Shown here: positions 1 through 9,932 of the stretch, one piece after another
Layout of the letters: each line of letters opens with the position of its first letter
Numbering within the stretch: the first letter of the stretch is position 1
Assembly: GCA_963710755.1 (NCBI GenBank)
Contig: CAVQBK010000003.1
Span: 320,001 to 384,000, forward strand
DNA: 64,000 bases
Origin: an uncultured bacterium
Lineage (GTDB): Bacteria > Oederibacteriota > JAAXVQ01 > JAUVAV01
Reading direction: 5' to 3'
Position numbers and translations under genes: made by a program
The notes under the pieces: generated by a model
The model's input: only the letters and a program-made list of their open reading frames with translations
Databases searched by the model: none
What the model was told of the DNA's origin: nothing

Positions 1-738
1 CTGCTGCAATTTCCGGCCGTTATGGGCGGCGTAGTGCCCGTGGTTAATATCGCTGGCGTTAAAGCCGGAGAGCTGAAAGTGGACGGCGAGACCTTGGCCA
101 AAATATTTATGGGCACGATTAAGAGATGGAATGACAAAGCCATTAAAGCCGCCAACCCCAACCTCAAATTGCCCAATGCAGAAATCACGGTGGTTCACCG
201 TTCCGATGGTTCTGGTACCACTGCCATTTTTTCCACCTATTTGGCTGCCGTTAGCGCCACCTGGAAAGAAAAAGTGGGCGCAGGTAAAGCCCTGGATTGG
301 CCGGTGGGTATCGGCGGCAAAGGCAATGAAGGTGTGGCGAATTATACCAAGCGCTCTAAAAATAGCATTGGCTACGTGGAATATGCTTATGCGAAACAGA
401 ATAAATTGGCCTATGTGGATTTAAAAAATGCGGCCGGCAAATTTGTTGCGCCCAGCTTTGAAACCTTTGAAGATGCGGCCGCCTCGGCTGATTTTACCGC
501 GGCCAATCACTTTGATCTTTGGCTGGTCAATGCACCCGGTAAAAACGCTTGGCCTATTGCCGGCGCGACCTTTATTTTGTTGGCAAAAGAGAAAAAAGAT
601 GCGAATATGAAGGTCGTTAAATTCTTTGATTGGGCCTTCAAAAACGGCGATGCCCAGGCCAAAAAAATGGTCTACGTACCGCTGCCGGAATCACTGAAAG
701 ACAAAATAAGAGCTTATTTGAAATCAAACGGACTGTAA
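1..738 (+). CDS. pstS: Phosphate ABC transporter substrate-binding protein (5' truncated by window)
   Basis: Frame open from base 1; motifs VHRSDGSGTT, GGKGNEGV, IGYVEYAY, WPIAGATF; followed by pstCAB. Confidence 0.95.
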   Translation: MLQFPAVMGGVVPVVNIAGVKAGELKVDGETLAKIFMGTIKRWNDKAIKAANPNLKLPNAEITVVHRSDGSGTTAIFSTYLAAVSATWKEKVGAGKALDWPVGIGGKGNEGVANYTKRSKNSIGYVEYAYAKQNKLAYVDLKNAAGKFVAPSFETFEDAAASADFTAANHFDLWLVNAPGKNAWPIAGATFILLAKEKKDANMKVVKFFDWAFKNGDAQAKKMVYVPLPESLKDKIRAYLKSNGL

Positions 739-762
739 TCCAATCCGATCGTGCCGACAACT

Positions 763-810
763 GGCGGGGTGGGCTCACCCTGGTGGGCCTACTCCGCCTT
801 TTTTATTTTT
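763..810 (+). terminator. Hairpin plus T-tract between pstS and pstC (terminator/attenuating stem)
   Basis: GGCGGGGTGGGCTCACC/GGTGGGCCTACTCCGCC followed by TTTTTTATTTTT. Confidence 0.7.
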
Positions 811-862
811 ACGCACTTCCGGCATGATCAGGTTATGCTCATCAGGAGTGGACGCAAAGGTT

Positions 863-1807
863 ATGGCGGTTGAAACAGCAAAGAAAAATGTGATCGACGT
901 TCTTTTTTCGGTCATTACCGGCATTGCCGCCGTGGCCATTATTATATTTATTGTGGGTATCCTGTGGGTGCTGGTTTATGAGTCTTTTCCTGCCATCCAG
1001 AAGTTTGGCATCATTCATTTTCTCACCTCTCCTGACTGGAATCCGGTCAAAGAGCGGTTTGGCGCGCTTACTAATATTTACGGCACGGTGATCACCACAG
1101 CCTTTTCACTGGTCTTATCCATTCCCGTGGCTATAGGTATTGCCATTTTCCTTACCGAAATTGCGCCGTCTTATTTGAAAGGGCCCATTGGCACGGCCAT
1201 TGAACTCCTGGCCGCCATTCCCAGTATCATCTACGGCATGTGGGGCTTGTTTACCCTTGCGCCGATTATGAGCAATACCGTGGAACCGTTCCTGCAAAAA
1301 ATAACAGCCGGCATTCCTTTTTTAGCCTTCCTCTTTGCCGGCACGCCTATGGGGGTGGATATTCTCACCGCCAGCATTATCCTGAGCATTATGTTGATTC
1401 CTTTTACCGCCAGCATTGCCCGTGATTCTTTTAATTTGACGCCGGCTGTGGTCAAGGAATCCGCTTATGCCCTGGGTGCCACCCAGTGGGAAGTGGTCAA
1501 GGATGTCGTGCTGCCCTATTCCAAGATTGGTGTCTTTGGCGGAGTGGTGCTTTCTCTGGGCCGCGCCTTGGGCGAAACCATGGCGGTGGCCTTTGTGCTC
1601 GGCAATAACCATAAAATCGCAACCTCCTTCTTGGATGCCGCGGCGACCATCACGGTAACCTTGGCCAATGAATTTACGGAAGCCGATAATGCACTTTATC
1701 TTTCCTCGCTTTTCTATCTGGCCTTGATACTCTTTGTCATGAGTTTCATTACCCTGGCCATTGCCAAATTTTTCCTCATTCGCGCGGAAAGGAAGAGCGC
1801 GGCATGA
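863..1807 (+). CDS. pstC: Phosphate ABC permease PstC
   Basis: ELLAAIPSIIYGMWG, ESAYALGAT, GRALGETMAV; start chosen at ATG 863. Confidence 0.95.
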   Translation: MAVETAKKNVIDVLFSVITGIAAVAIIIFIVGILWVLVYESFPAIQKFGIIHFLTSPDWNPVKERFGALTNIYGTVITTAFSLVLSIPVAIGIAIFLTEIAPSYLKGPIGTAIELLAAIPSIIYGMWGLFTLAPIMSNTVEPFLQKITAGIPFLAFLFAGTPMGVDILTASIILSIMLIPFTASIARDSFNLTPAVVKESAYALGATQWEVVKDVVLPYSKIGVFGGVVLSLGRALGETMAVAFVLGNNHKIATSFLDAAATITVTLANEFTEADNALYLSSLFYLALILFVMSFITLAIAKFFLIRAERKSAA

Positions 1808-2646
1808 CCCGCGAATCCCGCAGAAAAATAGCCGGGGCCGTGGCCCTGGGCATGAGCACCCTGGCGGCGGCCATGGGGTTGTTTTGGTTGATCTTTATTT
1901 TGGGTGACGTCCTGGTGCACGGCCTCAAGGCGCTCAACCTGAATTTGTTGCTCCATGATCCTGTGCCCGCCGGCATACCGGGCGGCGGCCTGCGAAATGC
2001 CTTTGTGGGTCAATTGCTCATCACCCTAGTAGCCACCTTGATAGGTATACCGGTGGGGGTTTTGGGGGGGACTTTTCTGGCGGAATATGCCCATGGCAAG
2101 CCTATCGCCAGAATCATCAGCGTGCTTTCCGATATCATGGTCAGTGTGCCTTCTATTGTTATCGGGACCTTTATTTACGCCATTTTAGTCAGACCCATGG
2201 GGCAATTCAATGGCTGGGCCGGGTCGGTAGCTTTGGCGATCATCATGATTCCCGTGGTGTTGCGCACCACGGAAAATATGCTGCGATTGGTGCCCTGGAC
2301 CTTGCGGGAAGCGGCTTTTGCTCTGGGCGCACCTTATTATAAAGTCATCACCCAGGTGGTTTATCGCGGCGCCGCTGCGGGGATCCTGACGGGCATCCTG
2401 CTGTCCATTGCCCGCGTGGCCGGGGAAACCGCGCCGTTGCTGTTCACCTCTTTCAGTAATTCATTTTTTACGACCAATATGAACGGCCCCATGGCTTCCT
2501 TGACCGTATCCATTTTTCAATATGCCATGGGTCCTTATGAATCCTGGCATGCCCAAGCCTGGGCGGCTTCCCTGGTAATTACCCTGGCCATTCTTTTATT
2601 GGCCATTATGGGAAGAATTATCATTAAACTGAGGTACCACTCATGA
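1804..2646 (+). CDS. pstA: Phosphate ABC permease PstA
   Basis: [23 protein letters not shown]; ATGA overlap with pstC. Confidence 0.95.
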   Translation: MTRESRRKIAGAVALGMSTLAAAMGLFWLIFILGDVLVHGLKALNLNLLLHDPVPAGIPGGGLRNAFVGQLLITLVATLIGIPVGVLGGTFLAEYAHGKPIARIISVLSDIMVSVPSIVIGTFIYAILVRPMGQFNGWAGSVALAIIMIPVVLRTTENMLRLVPWTLREAAFALGAPYYKVITQVVYRGAAAGILTGILLSIARVAGETAPLLFTSFSNSFFTTNMNGPMASLTVSIFQYAMGPYESWHAQAWAASLVITLAILLLAIMGRIIIKLRYHS

Positions 2647-3407
2647 ACACCACCATTGAGCTTGAGGTTAAAAATCTGGATTTTTATTACAACCATAGTG
2701 TGCATGCGCTGAAAAAAATTAGCATGCAGATTTTCCAGAAAGGCGTCACCGCCTTGATCGGGCCCTCGGGCTGTGGCAAAACCACCCTGCTTCGTTGCTT
2801 CAATCGTATGCACGACTTGTATCCCAAAAACCGTTATGAAGGAGAGATCTTCTTCAAGGGTAAAAATATTTTGACCAAGGAAGCCGATCACATTGCCTTA
2901 AGAAGCCGCATCGGCATGGTCTTTCAAAAACCAACCCCTTTTCCCATGACCATTTTTGAAAATATAGTCTATGGCTTGAAACTTAAAGGCATCACCAATA
3001 AAACCGAACTCACCCAAAGGGTGGAACAAGCCCTGCGGCATGCGGCGCTTTGGGATGAGGTTAAAGACAAATTAAGCAGTAGTGCTTACCAGCTTTCCGG
3101 AGGTCAGCAGCAGCGTTTGGTGATTGCCCGCGCCCTGGCGGTGAATCCGGAAATCCTCCTTTTTGATGAACCGACCTCGGCCCTTGATCCGGTCTCGACC
3201 GATAAGATCGAAGAACTGGTGGATATTTTAAGAAAAGAAATGACCATTATTATCGTCACCCACAACATGCAACAAGCACGACGTATTTCCGATTGGACCG
3301 GGTTCATGATGCTTGGCGAACTGGTGGAGTTCGATAAAACGGAAAAACTGTTTTTATCTCCGGCGAAAAAGTTGACCGAAGATTATGTGACGGGCCGCTT
3401 TGGCTAA
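2643..3407 (+). CDS. pstB: Phosphate ABC ATPase PstB
   Basis: [34 protein letters not shown]-terminal YVTGRFG. Confidence 0.97.
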   Translation: MNTTIELEVKNLDFYYNHSVHALKKISMQIFQKGVTALIGPSGCGKTTLLRCFNRMHDLYPKNRYEGEIFFKGKNILTKEADHIALRSRIGMVFQKPTPFPMTIFENIVYGLKLKGITNKTELTQRVEQALRHAALWDEVKDKLSSSAYQLSGGQQQRLVIARALAVNPEILLFDEPTSALDPVSTDKIEELVDILRKEMTIIIVTHNMQQARRISDWTGFMMLGELVEFDKTEKLFLSPAKKLTEDYVTGRFG

Positions 3408-3741
3408 AGCGGTCCTTAAATGCCCAAAGGCCTGTCGACCATCTGCTTGTCTTAGCACAAGGGGCTGACCCAAAACGGTTGGCCGCTTCCAATAACCGCC
3501 TCTATGTTGTTTGATGTATAAACGCCCACCTTCCCGGCAGCTCTTTTGGGAAAGCTTCATACCATGTTTTGCCGGCGCGGCCTTTCAAATTCCATTCCTC
3601 CCATCTGCCTTTAAATGTCCGGTTGTTGATGCTAGCGGGATTACCATCGACAGGTGCAGGTAAAATCATTAGAATAAACCGATGATACTGCGGAAGTCGG
3701 TGCTGTAAGCTGTAATCGGGAAGCATTGAAAAAAGGAGGTC

Positions 3742-4506
3742 TTGACCTTGGACAATATTAAGAACAATACACCACTAGACGGCAAAATCTTTCTGGGCCT
3801 GCTCCTGACGTTGGCCCTTTTATCCGCCTTCAATATATATTTGCCTCAAGGCCGGTTTATGCCTCCCCAGGACCTGCCGGCCCCCAGACCGGTCATCGCT
3901 CTGATTAATATGCTTATGGTATTTCTTATTTATGGCAGCCTGGGATGGCTGGGCATGAAGTTGGCACCGCGGGTGGGCTTCCCCGGTTTTTGGGACCCGC
4001 AGGTCAGTCTTCGTCAGCGACTTGTTGTTCCGGGATTGCTCGGTGCAGCGCTGGGGCTTCTTTTCATAGCCGTGGATAGTTGGTTAAGTTCCGGCCGCGC
4101 CCTGGGCCCGCTCCCACATCCCCCGTTTCCCACGTCGCTAGTGGCGTCTCTGGCCGCCGGGATTGGCGAAGAAATGATTTTTCGCCTTTTTTTTATTTCT
4201 TTTTGGGTGTGGCTCATTGGGCATGTGCTGCTTAAACAAAAAGCGCCCACCCTGGTGTTTTGGATCATTGGGCTGTTGTCAGCCTTGGCGTTTGCAGGAG
4301 GTCATATCCCTGCAGTCATGATGATGGCCGGAGTGACGGCTTTCAAAGCTTTGCCGCCAATGCTCTTAGTTGAAGTGTTGCTACTCAACATGGTGTTGGG
4401 GCTGACGGCGGCCTACATGCTCAAGCGGTTCGGTTTTGTAGCCGCCGTGGGGGTCCATTTTTGGACGGATATCCTATGGCACGTGGTGTGGGGGGGTCTG
4501 CAATGA
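3742..4506 (+). CDS. CPBP/Abi-family intramembrane metalloprotease
   Basis: Multi-TM; EEMIFR, FAGGH and H..D motifs; AGGAGG RBS before TTG. Confidence 0.8.
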   Translation: MTLDNIKNNTPLDGKIFLGLLLTLALLSAFNIYLPQGRFMPPQDLPAPRPVIALINMLMVFLIYGSLGWLGMKLAPRVGFPGFWDPQVSLRQRLVVPGLLGAALGLLFIAVDSWLSSGRALGPLPHPPFPTSLVASLAAGIGEEMIFRLFFISFWVWLIGHVLLKQKAPTLVFWIIGLLSALAFAGGHIPAVMMMAGVTAFKALPPMLLVEVLLLNMVLGLTAAYMLKRFGFVAAVGVHFWTDILWHVVWGGLQ

Positions 4507-4747
4507 CCATTGGGTCTGGCTCAAACCGCGGCTTTAAAGGGGCACCGTTCCCGTCATCCCCGATTTTCTTAAGCATCAACAGCAGCTTAAGCCGCTGATC
4601 TTTTTACTTGGCCGTCATCCCATCATTTTTTCTGCAAGAAAACGGTCTGCTCATGGTCTAAGAATTAACTAAACCAAGAGGGCCCTGGTGCCAGAGGCAT
4701 GGTGTTTTGCTTAAGCAGCTCGGGTATCCCGGCCGGAAGGGAAGACG

Positions 4748-5452
4748 ATGAGGATGAGCTTGAAAGAAACCAAACCAGATTATCTTGGCCACCGTCAACG
4801 CATCAAAGCCAAATTTGAACAGCAAGGCTTGAAAGGTTGGCCCGATTACGAGGTGCTGGAATTGTTGCTTTCCTACGCCGCCCCCCGAAAAGACAGCAAG
4901 ACCATTGCCAAAGCCTTGCTCAGTAAATACCGGACCTTGGTCAATGTGTTGAACGCCGAGGTGGCGGACTTGCAGAGGATCAAAGGCATTGCTCATCATT
5001 CCGCCTTATTTTTAAAGCTGCTTAAAGACGTAGCCGTGTTGTACGCCCAACATGAATTACATGCCCGCAACCTGCTGTCTTCTCCTCAATTAGTGTATGC
5101 TTATTTAAAAGCCCGTCTGAAAGGGGAAGGCAGGGAAGAATTCATCGTGCTCTTTGTGGACAACCGCAATTGTCTGATCGCCGTCGAGCATCTGTCTACG
5201 GGAACCGTCACCGAGGCCTCGGTTCATCCCCGAACAGTTGTGGAACGGGCCTTTTATCATCAGGCCGTGGGCGTGATCATCGCTCATAATCACCCCGGCA
5301 GGTCGCTGGAACCCTCGGTGCAGGATCAACAGCTGACCAAAAAATTAAAGGGCGCGCTGGCCACGGTAGATCTCCATTTGTTGGATCACATAATTATTGC
5401 CGGCAATGATTATTATAGTTTCAAAGCTCATGGACTTTCCTGCCTCAATTGA
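4748..5452 (+). CDS. radC: RadC family JAB-domain protein
   Basis: GHRQR, HhH region, HPR..E, AHNHPG..PS..D, LLDHII. Confidence 0.93.
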   Translation: MRMSLKETKPDYLGHRQRIKAKFEQQGLKGWPDYEVLELLLSYAAPRKDSKTIAKALLSKYRTLVNVLNAEVADLQRIKGIAHHSALFLKLLKDVAVLYAQHELHARNLLSSPQLVYAYLKARLKGEGREEFIVLFVDNRNCLIAVEHLSTGTVTEASVHPRTVVERAFYHQAVGVIIAHNHPGRSLEPSVQDQQLTKKLKGALATVDLHLLDHIIIAGNDYYSFKAHGLSCLN

Positions 5453-5668
5453 GGCAGAAGGAATACGTTTCCCGTTCCTCGCCGGGCATGCCAAAGTTCT
5501 CTCCACACAAAATACTAAGCCCCCTATTTACAGCCTTGCAAGCAAAGTAAGCGGGCTTTATAATGATCGGAACGAGCCCAAGCCCAGGGCAGGTAGTGCG
5601 GGGAAAAGGATCAAGTTTGACGCCTTAGGACCAGCATGACCTTGACGATACTCTAAGCAGGAGAGGTT

Positions 5669-6148
5669 ATGAAAATAGGCGTCATTTCCGACACCCACAT
5701 ACCCGCTCAGGCGACAGCTTTGCCGGAACACTTGGGCAGGCTTTTTTCCGGGGTGGACAAGATCATTCATGCCGGGGATATTGAATCCATCCAAGTGTTG
5801 GATGAATTGGAGCTTATTGCGCCTGTTCATGCTGTGGCCGGTAATATGGATCATGGCATTTATGGTTTGCCGGTTAAACGCAGCATGATGATCGAAGGCA
5901 TGCGCGTGGGTGTCATGCATGGCGCCGGAGGGCCGAAGCACAATATCAGACCATTTGTGCGCAAGCACCTTGGGGATATGGACATCATTATTTATGGCCA
6001 TACCCACCAGGCATTTTGGGGACAAGAAGGGGGCATTTGGTTTATGAATCCCGGCAGTCCTACCGGAGGTCCTGGTAACGCTTTTCCCAGCGTGGGATTG
6101 CTGACCATCACCACCAACAACCTTAAGGGAGAACTGATTCGGTTATAA
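5669..6148 (+). CDS. YfcE-family metallophosphoesterase
   Basis: SDTH, HAGD, GNMD, HG, GHTH, NPGS. Confidence 0.92.
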   Translation: MKIGVISDTHIPAQATALPEHLGRLFSGVDKIIHAGDIESIQVLDELELIAPVHAVAGNMDHGIYGLPVKRSMMIEGMRVGVMHGAGGPKHNIRPFVRKHLGDMDIIIYGHTHQAFWGQEGGIWFMNPGSPTGGPGNAFPSVGLLTITTNNLKGELIRL

Positions 6149-6151
6149 ACC

Positions 6152-8008
6152 ATGATGCGACATAAACACTGGCCAATAGAAAAGGAACGCCGCCGTTCCC
6201 GGGATGAAAACGAACATGCTCTGTCCTTTAAAACCGGGCTCAGGCAAAAATTTATATTAACCATTTCTGCCTTGATCGGTTTTTTTTCCCTGGCCTTTTT
6301 TGTCTTTTATTTTTACAGCACTAAAATCATCCTCACCGAATTTTACCAAAATCAATGTCTGGAAAAAAGCAAGCGCCTGGCCACGGCGGTCGCCTATGCT
6401 GCCCCCCAATTAGCCCCAACGACCTTGGCCCCCATGCTCAACAGTATGTTGCCGGCGGAGAATTTATTATACGTCAGCATCCTGAACACGCAAGGTGAGG
6501 TGGTGGACGCCAAGGCTATTCCCGATATCACCTTGCCCCGGGCCTTGACCTATCCTGAGCTGGTAGAGCATTTGGGTGTGGCCCAAACCTTAGTTTTACC
6601 GGAAGGCGGCCAGATGGAGGACCTGGTGACGCCTATCGTGATCCCTTCTTTAAACCCTGGAGAAGATCCCCAAACGATAGGGTTTATCCGTATTGGCATT
6701 CAATCCATGGGACAGAGTAAATTTTTACTTTATCGCAGTATTTGGTTGGTGTTTGGTATCGGGGTTTTCATTATGTTTGGTATTTTAGCCGCCCTCTATT
6801 TATACCGCATTATTATCTCGCCTATCCAGCAATTGGCCCGGGCCATGAAGGTGGTGGCTGAAAGTGATATCGAATTTGACGATGATGGTTTGCCCGCCGG
6901 CCGGCGTTTCCGCCGGGGCAGCGATTTGAACCTGCATATTTATACCAATGATGAAATCGAACAGTTGGCGGATGAGTTTACCATCATGGTTAAAAAACTG
7001 GAAACGTCCTACAATCAGTTGGAAGAAATGGTCAAAGTGAAAGCTTCCATCGCCAAAGAAAAATCCCGTTTGGTGGAAGAAATGGGAAAACTGAACAAGC
7101 AACATGAAGAAGTAATCAAAGAACGCACCCGGGAAATTGTGGAAAAAAATCTGCGTCTCTATGAAATTTCGGAGGAGTTGCAATTTCAAAAAGAAGAACT
7201 GATCGGAGCCAATGAAGATTTGGAAAAAATATCCCGCATGAAATCGGAATTTTTAGCCAGTATGTCCCATGAATTGCGTACGCCGCTGAATGCCATTATC
7301 GGTTTCGCGGAAGTCTTAAAAGATAAGATGTTTGGAGACATTAATGACCGTCAGGAAAAATACCTGGCCAACATCCTCAATTCGGGCAAGCATCTCCTCA
7401 ATTTGATCAATAATATATTGGATATCGCCAAAGTGGAAGCGGGCAAGATGAGTCTTACCATTTCCCCCTATGCGGTTAACAAAGTTATTGATGAAGTTCA
7501 GAACATTATTAGAACGCTGGCATATAAAAAGAACATTCAGTTAAAACTAGCCCTTTGCCAGGATTTAATCGTGGAAGGAGATGCCGCGCGCTTTAAACAG
7601 ATTTTATACAACCTGCTTTCCAATGCCATCAAATTTACCGAAGAAAAAGGTGATGTTCAGATCATCACCCAGGAAGTTGGTGAAGGCGTGCATTTTGATG
7701 GCGGTGCCGGCAGCAAACCCTTTACCACAGAACAAGCCTCTTTCCTGCTGGTGGTTAAAGACAGCGGCATCGGCATTAAGCCCGACGATCAAGACCGCAT
7801 TTTTAATGAATTTGAACAATTGGACCAGACCAGCGCCCGCCAGTATGAAGGTACAGGTCTGGGGTTGCCTCTGACCAGGCAATTGGTTTATCTCCATGGT
7901 GGACATATTTGGCTGGAAAGCCATTATGGCGAGGGTACCAGTGTGCATGTGGTGCTGCCGATTAAAACCAGAGCGGTCAGCTTAGATGAGAATGAGGAGA
8001 CGCCTTAA
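6152..8008 (+). CDS. Membrane sensor histidine kinase (HAMP, coiled coil, HisKA, HATPase)
   Basis: Two TMs; MSHELRTPL, NLLSNAIKFT, DSGIGI, GTGLGL. Confidence 0.95.
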   Translation: MMRHKHWPIEKERRRSRDENEHALSFKTGLRQKFILTISALIGFFSLAFFVFYFYSTKIILTEFYQNQCLEKSKRLATAVAYAAPQLAPTTLAPMLNSMLPAENLLYVSILNTQGEVVDAKAIPDITLPRALTYPELVEHLGVAQTLVLPEGGQMEDLVTPIVIPSLNPGEDPQTIGFIRIGIQSMGQSKFLLYRSIWLVFGIGVFIMFGILAALYLYRIIISPIQQLARAMKVVAESDIEFDDDGLPAGRRFRRGSDLNLHIYTNDEIEQLADEFTIMVKKLETSYNQLEEMVKVKASIAKEKSRLVEEMGKLNKQHEEVIKERTREIVEKNLRLYEISEELQFQKEELIGANEDLEKISRMKSEFLASMSHELRTPLNAIIGFAEVLKDKMFGDINDRQEKYLANILNSGKHLLNLINNILDIAKVEAGKMSLTISPYAVNKVIDEVQNIIRTLAYKKNIQLKLALCQDLIVEGDAARFKQILYNLLSNAIKFTEEKGDVQIITQEVGEGVHFDGGAGSKPFTTEQASFLLVVKDSGIGIKPDDQDRIFNEFEQLDQTSARQYEGTGLGLPLTRQLVYLHGGHIWLESHYGEGTSVHVVLPIKTRAVSLDENEETP

Positions 8009-8009
8009 C

Positions 8010-8384
8010 ATGTCAAACACCAAAACCATTTTAATCGTGGAAGACAATGAACTGAATATGGAATTGGTACGGGATATTCTGACGGCCCAGGGGTACCATA
8101 TTCTGGAAGCAGCCAGTGCCGAGCAGTGCCGTGCCCACCTCGAGAAAAACGTCCCTGATTTGATACTTATGGATATCCAATTACCGCGGGTGGATGGCTA
8201 CACCTTGATCCGGGAGATCAAGGCGGATCAGCGTCTGCAACAAGTTCCAGTCTACGCGCTGACGGCCTTTGCCATGGCCGGAGACAAAGAAAAAGCTACG
8301 GATGCAGGTTGTGATGATGTGATTACCAAGCCTATTGACACCAAAAATTTTTTGAAAACCGTGGCCCAAGCCGTGGGAACATGA
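8010..8384 (+). CDS. Single-domain response regulator (DivK-like)
   Basis: VEDN, LMDIQLP, TAFAM, KPID; start ATG 8010 after GAGGAG. Confidence 0.93.
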   Translation: MSNTKTILIVEDNELNMELVRDILTAQGYHILEAASAEQCRAHLEKNVPDLILMDIQLPRVDGYTLIREIKADQRLQQVPVYALTAFAMAGDKEKATDAGCDDVITKPIDTKNFLKTVAQAVGT

Positions 8385-8494
8385 ACAATTTATGGTTTAT
8401 GTTCCACCAGAACTATGGCTAATCGAATATTAATCCATTCGGTCAAATGCAGTAGATTCTCGCTTTTCATTTTGTTGATGAAGTGCTCAGCCGC

Positions 8495-9064
8495 CTATAG
8501 AGCTTCAAAAACGTCCTTTTCCGTAATAACCATGTTCATGGGTTGGTCATAGGCTGTAATTGGCAGGTGATCAACGACTTGCCACGAGAACGCCAACCCC
8601 AAACGTAAGCCTGTATAACGGCTTAAATAGCGATCATAGTAGCCCTGCCCAAAGCCCAGACGGTGACCATGGACATCAAAGGCCAGTGCCGGCACCAACA
8701 ACAGATCCAAGTTGTCGGCGGTAAGGGGGTGTTCGGAGCGGGGCTGGCGCAGGTTAAACGGGCCCTTGGTTAGATCCTCAAGGCCATTAAACGTGTAAAA
8801 CGTCATGTGTTTGTTCTCACGGGTCACTACCGGAGCAGCCACAATTTTTCCCTGTGCTTGTGCGCTGATGATCAAAGCGTCGCTATCCACTTCTCCTGGC
8901 AAAGCCAGATAACACCCTATCCTTCGCGCTTGTTTCCAAGCTGATAATTGCATGACCTGGTCATGGATGCGCAGGCTAAACTGGGTTCGTTCCGAATCGC
9001 TCAGGTTGGCGCGCATGGCCAACAGCTGTTGGCGCAGGCGCTGTTTTTCCAAAAGGGGATTCAT
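8495..9064 (-). CDS. 5-formyltetrahydrofolate cyclo-ligase
   Basis: LVPALAFD..GHRLGFGQGYYDR, D.PMN.VITE. Confidence 0.93.
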   Translation of the reverse strand: MNPLLEKQRLRQQLLAMRANLSDSERTQFSLRIHDQVMQLSAWKQARRIGCYLALPGEVDSDALIISAQAQGKIVAAPVVTRENKHMTFYTFNGLEDLTKGPFNLRQPRSEHPLTADNLDLLLVPALAFDVHGHRLGFGQGYYDRYLSRYTGLRLGLAFSWQVVDHLPITAYDQPMNMVITEKDVFEAL

Positions 9065-9073
9065 GGATAAGGC

Positions 9074-9652
9074 CTAGGCAGCCAGGCTGGCAATAGAGCG
9101 GCACCAGTCCGAGATTTTTATCATTAACTGAGGATGGTTCTGCAACCGAAAAGGGGTAGTCATACCGGGTAGCAGAAGTGTGTCAGTTAGTTTAAATCCC
9201 GCCGTATTAAAAAAAGCCTTGGTTTCTTTGATAATAACCTCAAATTCTTTTGGCTGCGATGAAGCACAGGTGCTGATGAAAAAGGCAGGCCGTTTGATAC
9301 GCTGTTTCCAGGCGGGGTTATGCCAAAGCGGATGACATCGATCGATCAAGGCTTTAACTTGGGCAGGATAACCATAAAAATAAACCGGGGCCGCGACCAC
9401 CAGGACTGCGGCCTGGTCTAAAAGCTTAATCACTTTGGGCATATCATCGTCTTGCCAGCAGGTATAATCATTATCCAAGCAGGCATTGCATCCCCAACAG
9501 GGGTTAATGGCCAAGCGCCGGATAGCCAGGCGCTTGATACGAAAACAGTCCAAAGTCGTGGTCACGGCTTTGAGTATTTGCGCACTGGCACCCTGTTGAC
9601 GGGGATGGCCATCGAGAGCAACCAACAACGGTTTGGTGGTCATATCAGCCAA
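9074..9652 (-). CDS. Iron-sulfur flavoprotein / NADPH-dependent FMN reductase family
   Basis: PCWGCNAC....C..DDM, APVYF, KALIDR. Confidence 0.85.
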   Translation of the reverse strand: MADMTTKPLLVALDGHPRQQGASAQILKAVTTTLDCFRIKRLAIRRLAINPCWGCNACLDNDYTCWQDDDMPKVIKLLDQAAVLVVAAPVYFYGYPAQVKALIDRCHPLWHNPAWKQRIKRPAFFISTCASSQPKEFEVIIKETKAFFNTAGFKLTDTLLLPGMTTPFRLQNHPQLMIKISDWCRSIASLAA

Positions 9653-9932
9653 ACCTGTATTTTACCCCAAAACCTCCGCGGGGATATTTCCAACCGACAT
9701 TATCATAGGGGCAAATAATCCGGCAGGTGCCGCATTCCAGGCAACCTTCGAAAGCTACATGGGTTTCATTTTTTTCTTCCACATGCTCCCAACAATCAGC
9801 AGGGCAGCCATTGATGCAGGGCTTGCCTTCCTTGTTCTGACATTGGGCACACTTGGCCTGGTCTTTTACCGAGAGATGGGATTCAGTATCAGCATTAAAG
9901 GTTACTAAAAAGAGTTTATCTTCCAGTTTCAT
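9645..9932 (-). CDS. fixX: FixX-like ferredoxin
   Basis: CPA, CLECGTCRIIC, W.YPRGGFGV.YRFG. Confidence 0.9.
   Translation of the reverse strand: MKLEDKLFLVTFNADTESHLSVKDQAKCAQCQNKEGKPCINGCPADCWEHVEEKNETHVAFEGCLECGTCRIICPYDNVGWKYPRGGFGVKYRFG

Noticed and set aside
4748-5452. radC as a marker of a mobile element
   Set aside because: Full-length HhH+JAB form among housekeeping genes; no integrase or att sites.
9064-9074. 6S RNA upstream of 5-FCL
   Set aside because: Only 9 bp separate 5-FCL from the upstream gene.
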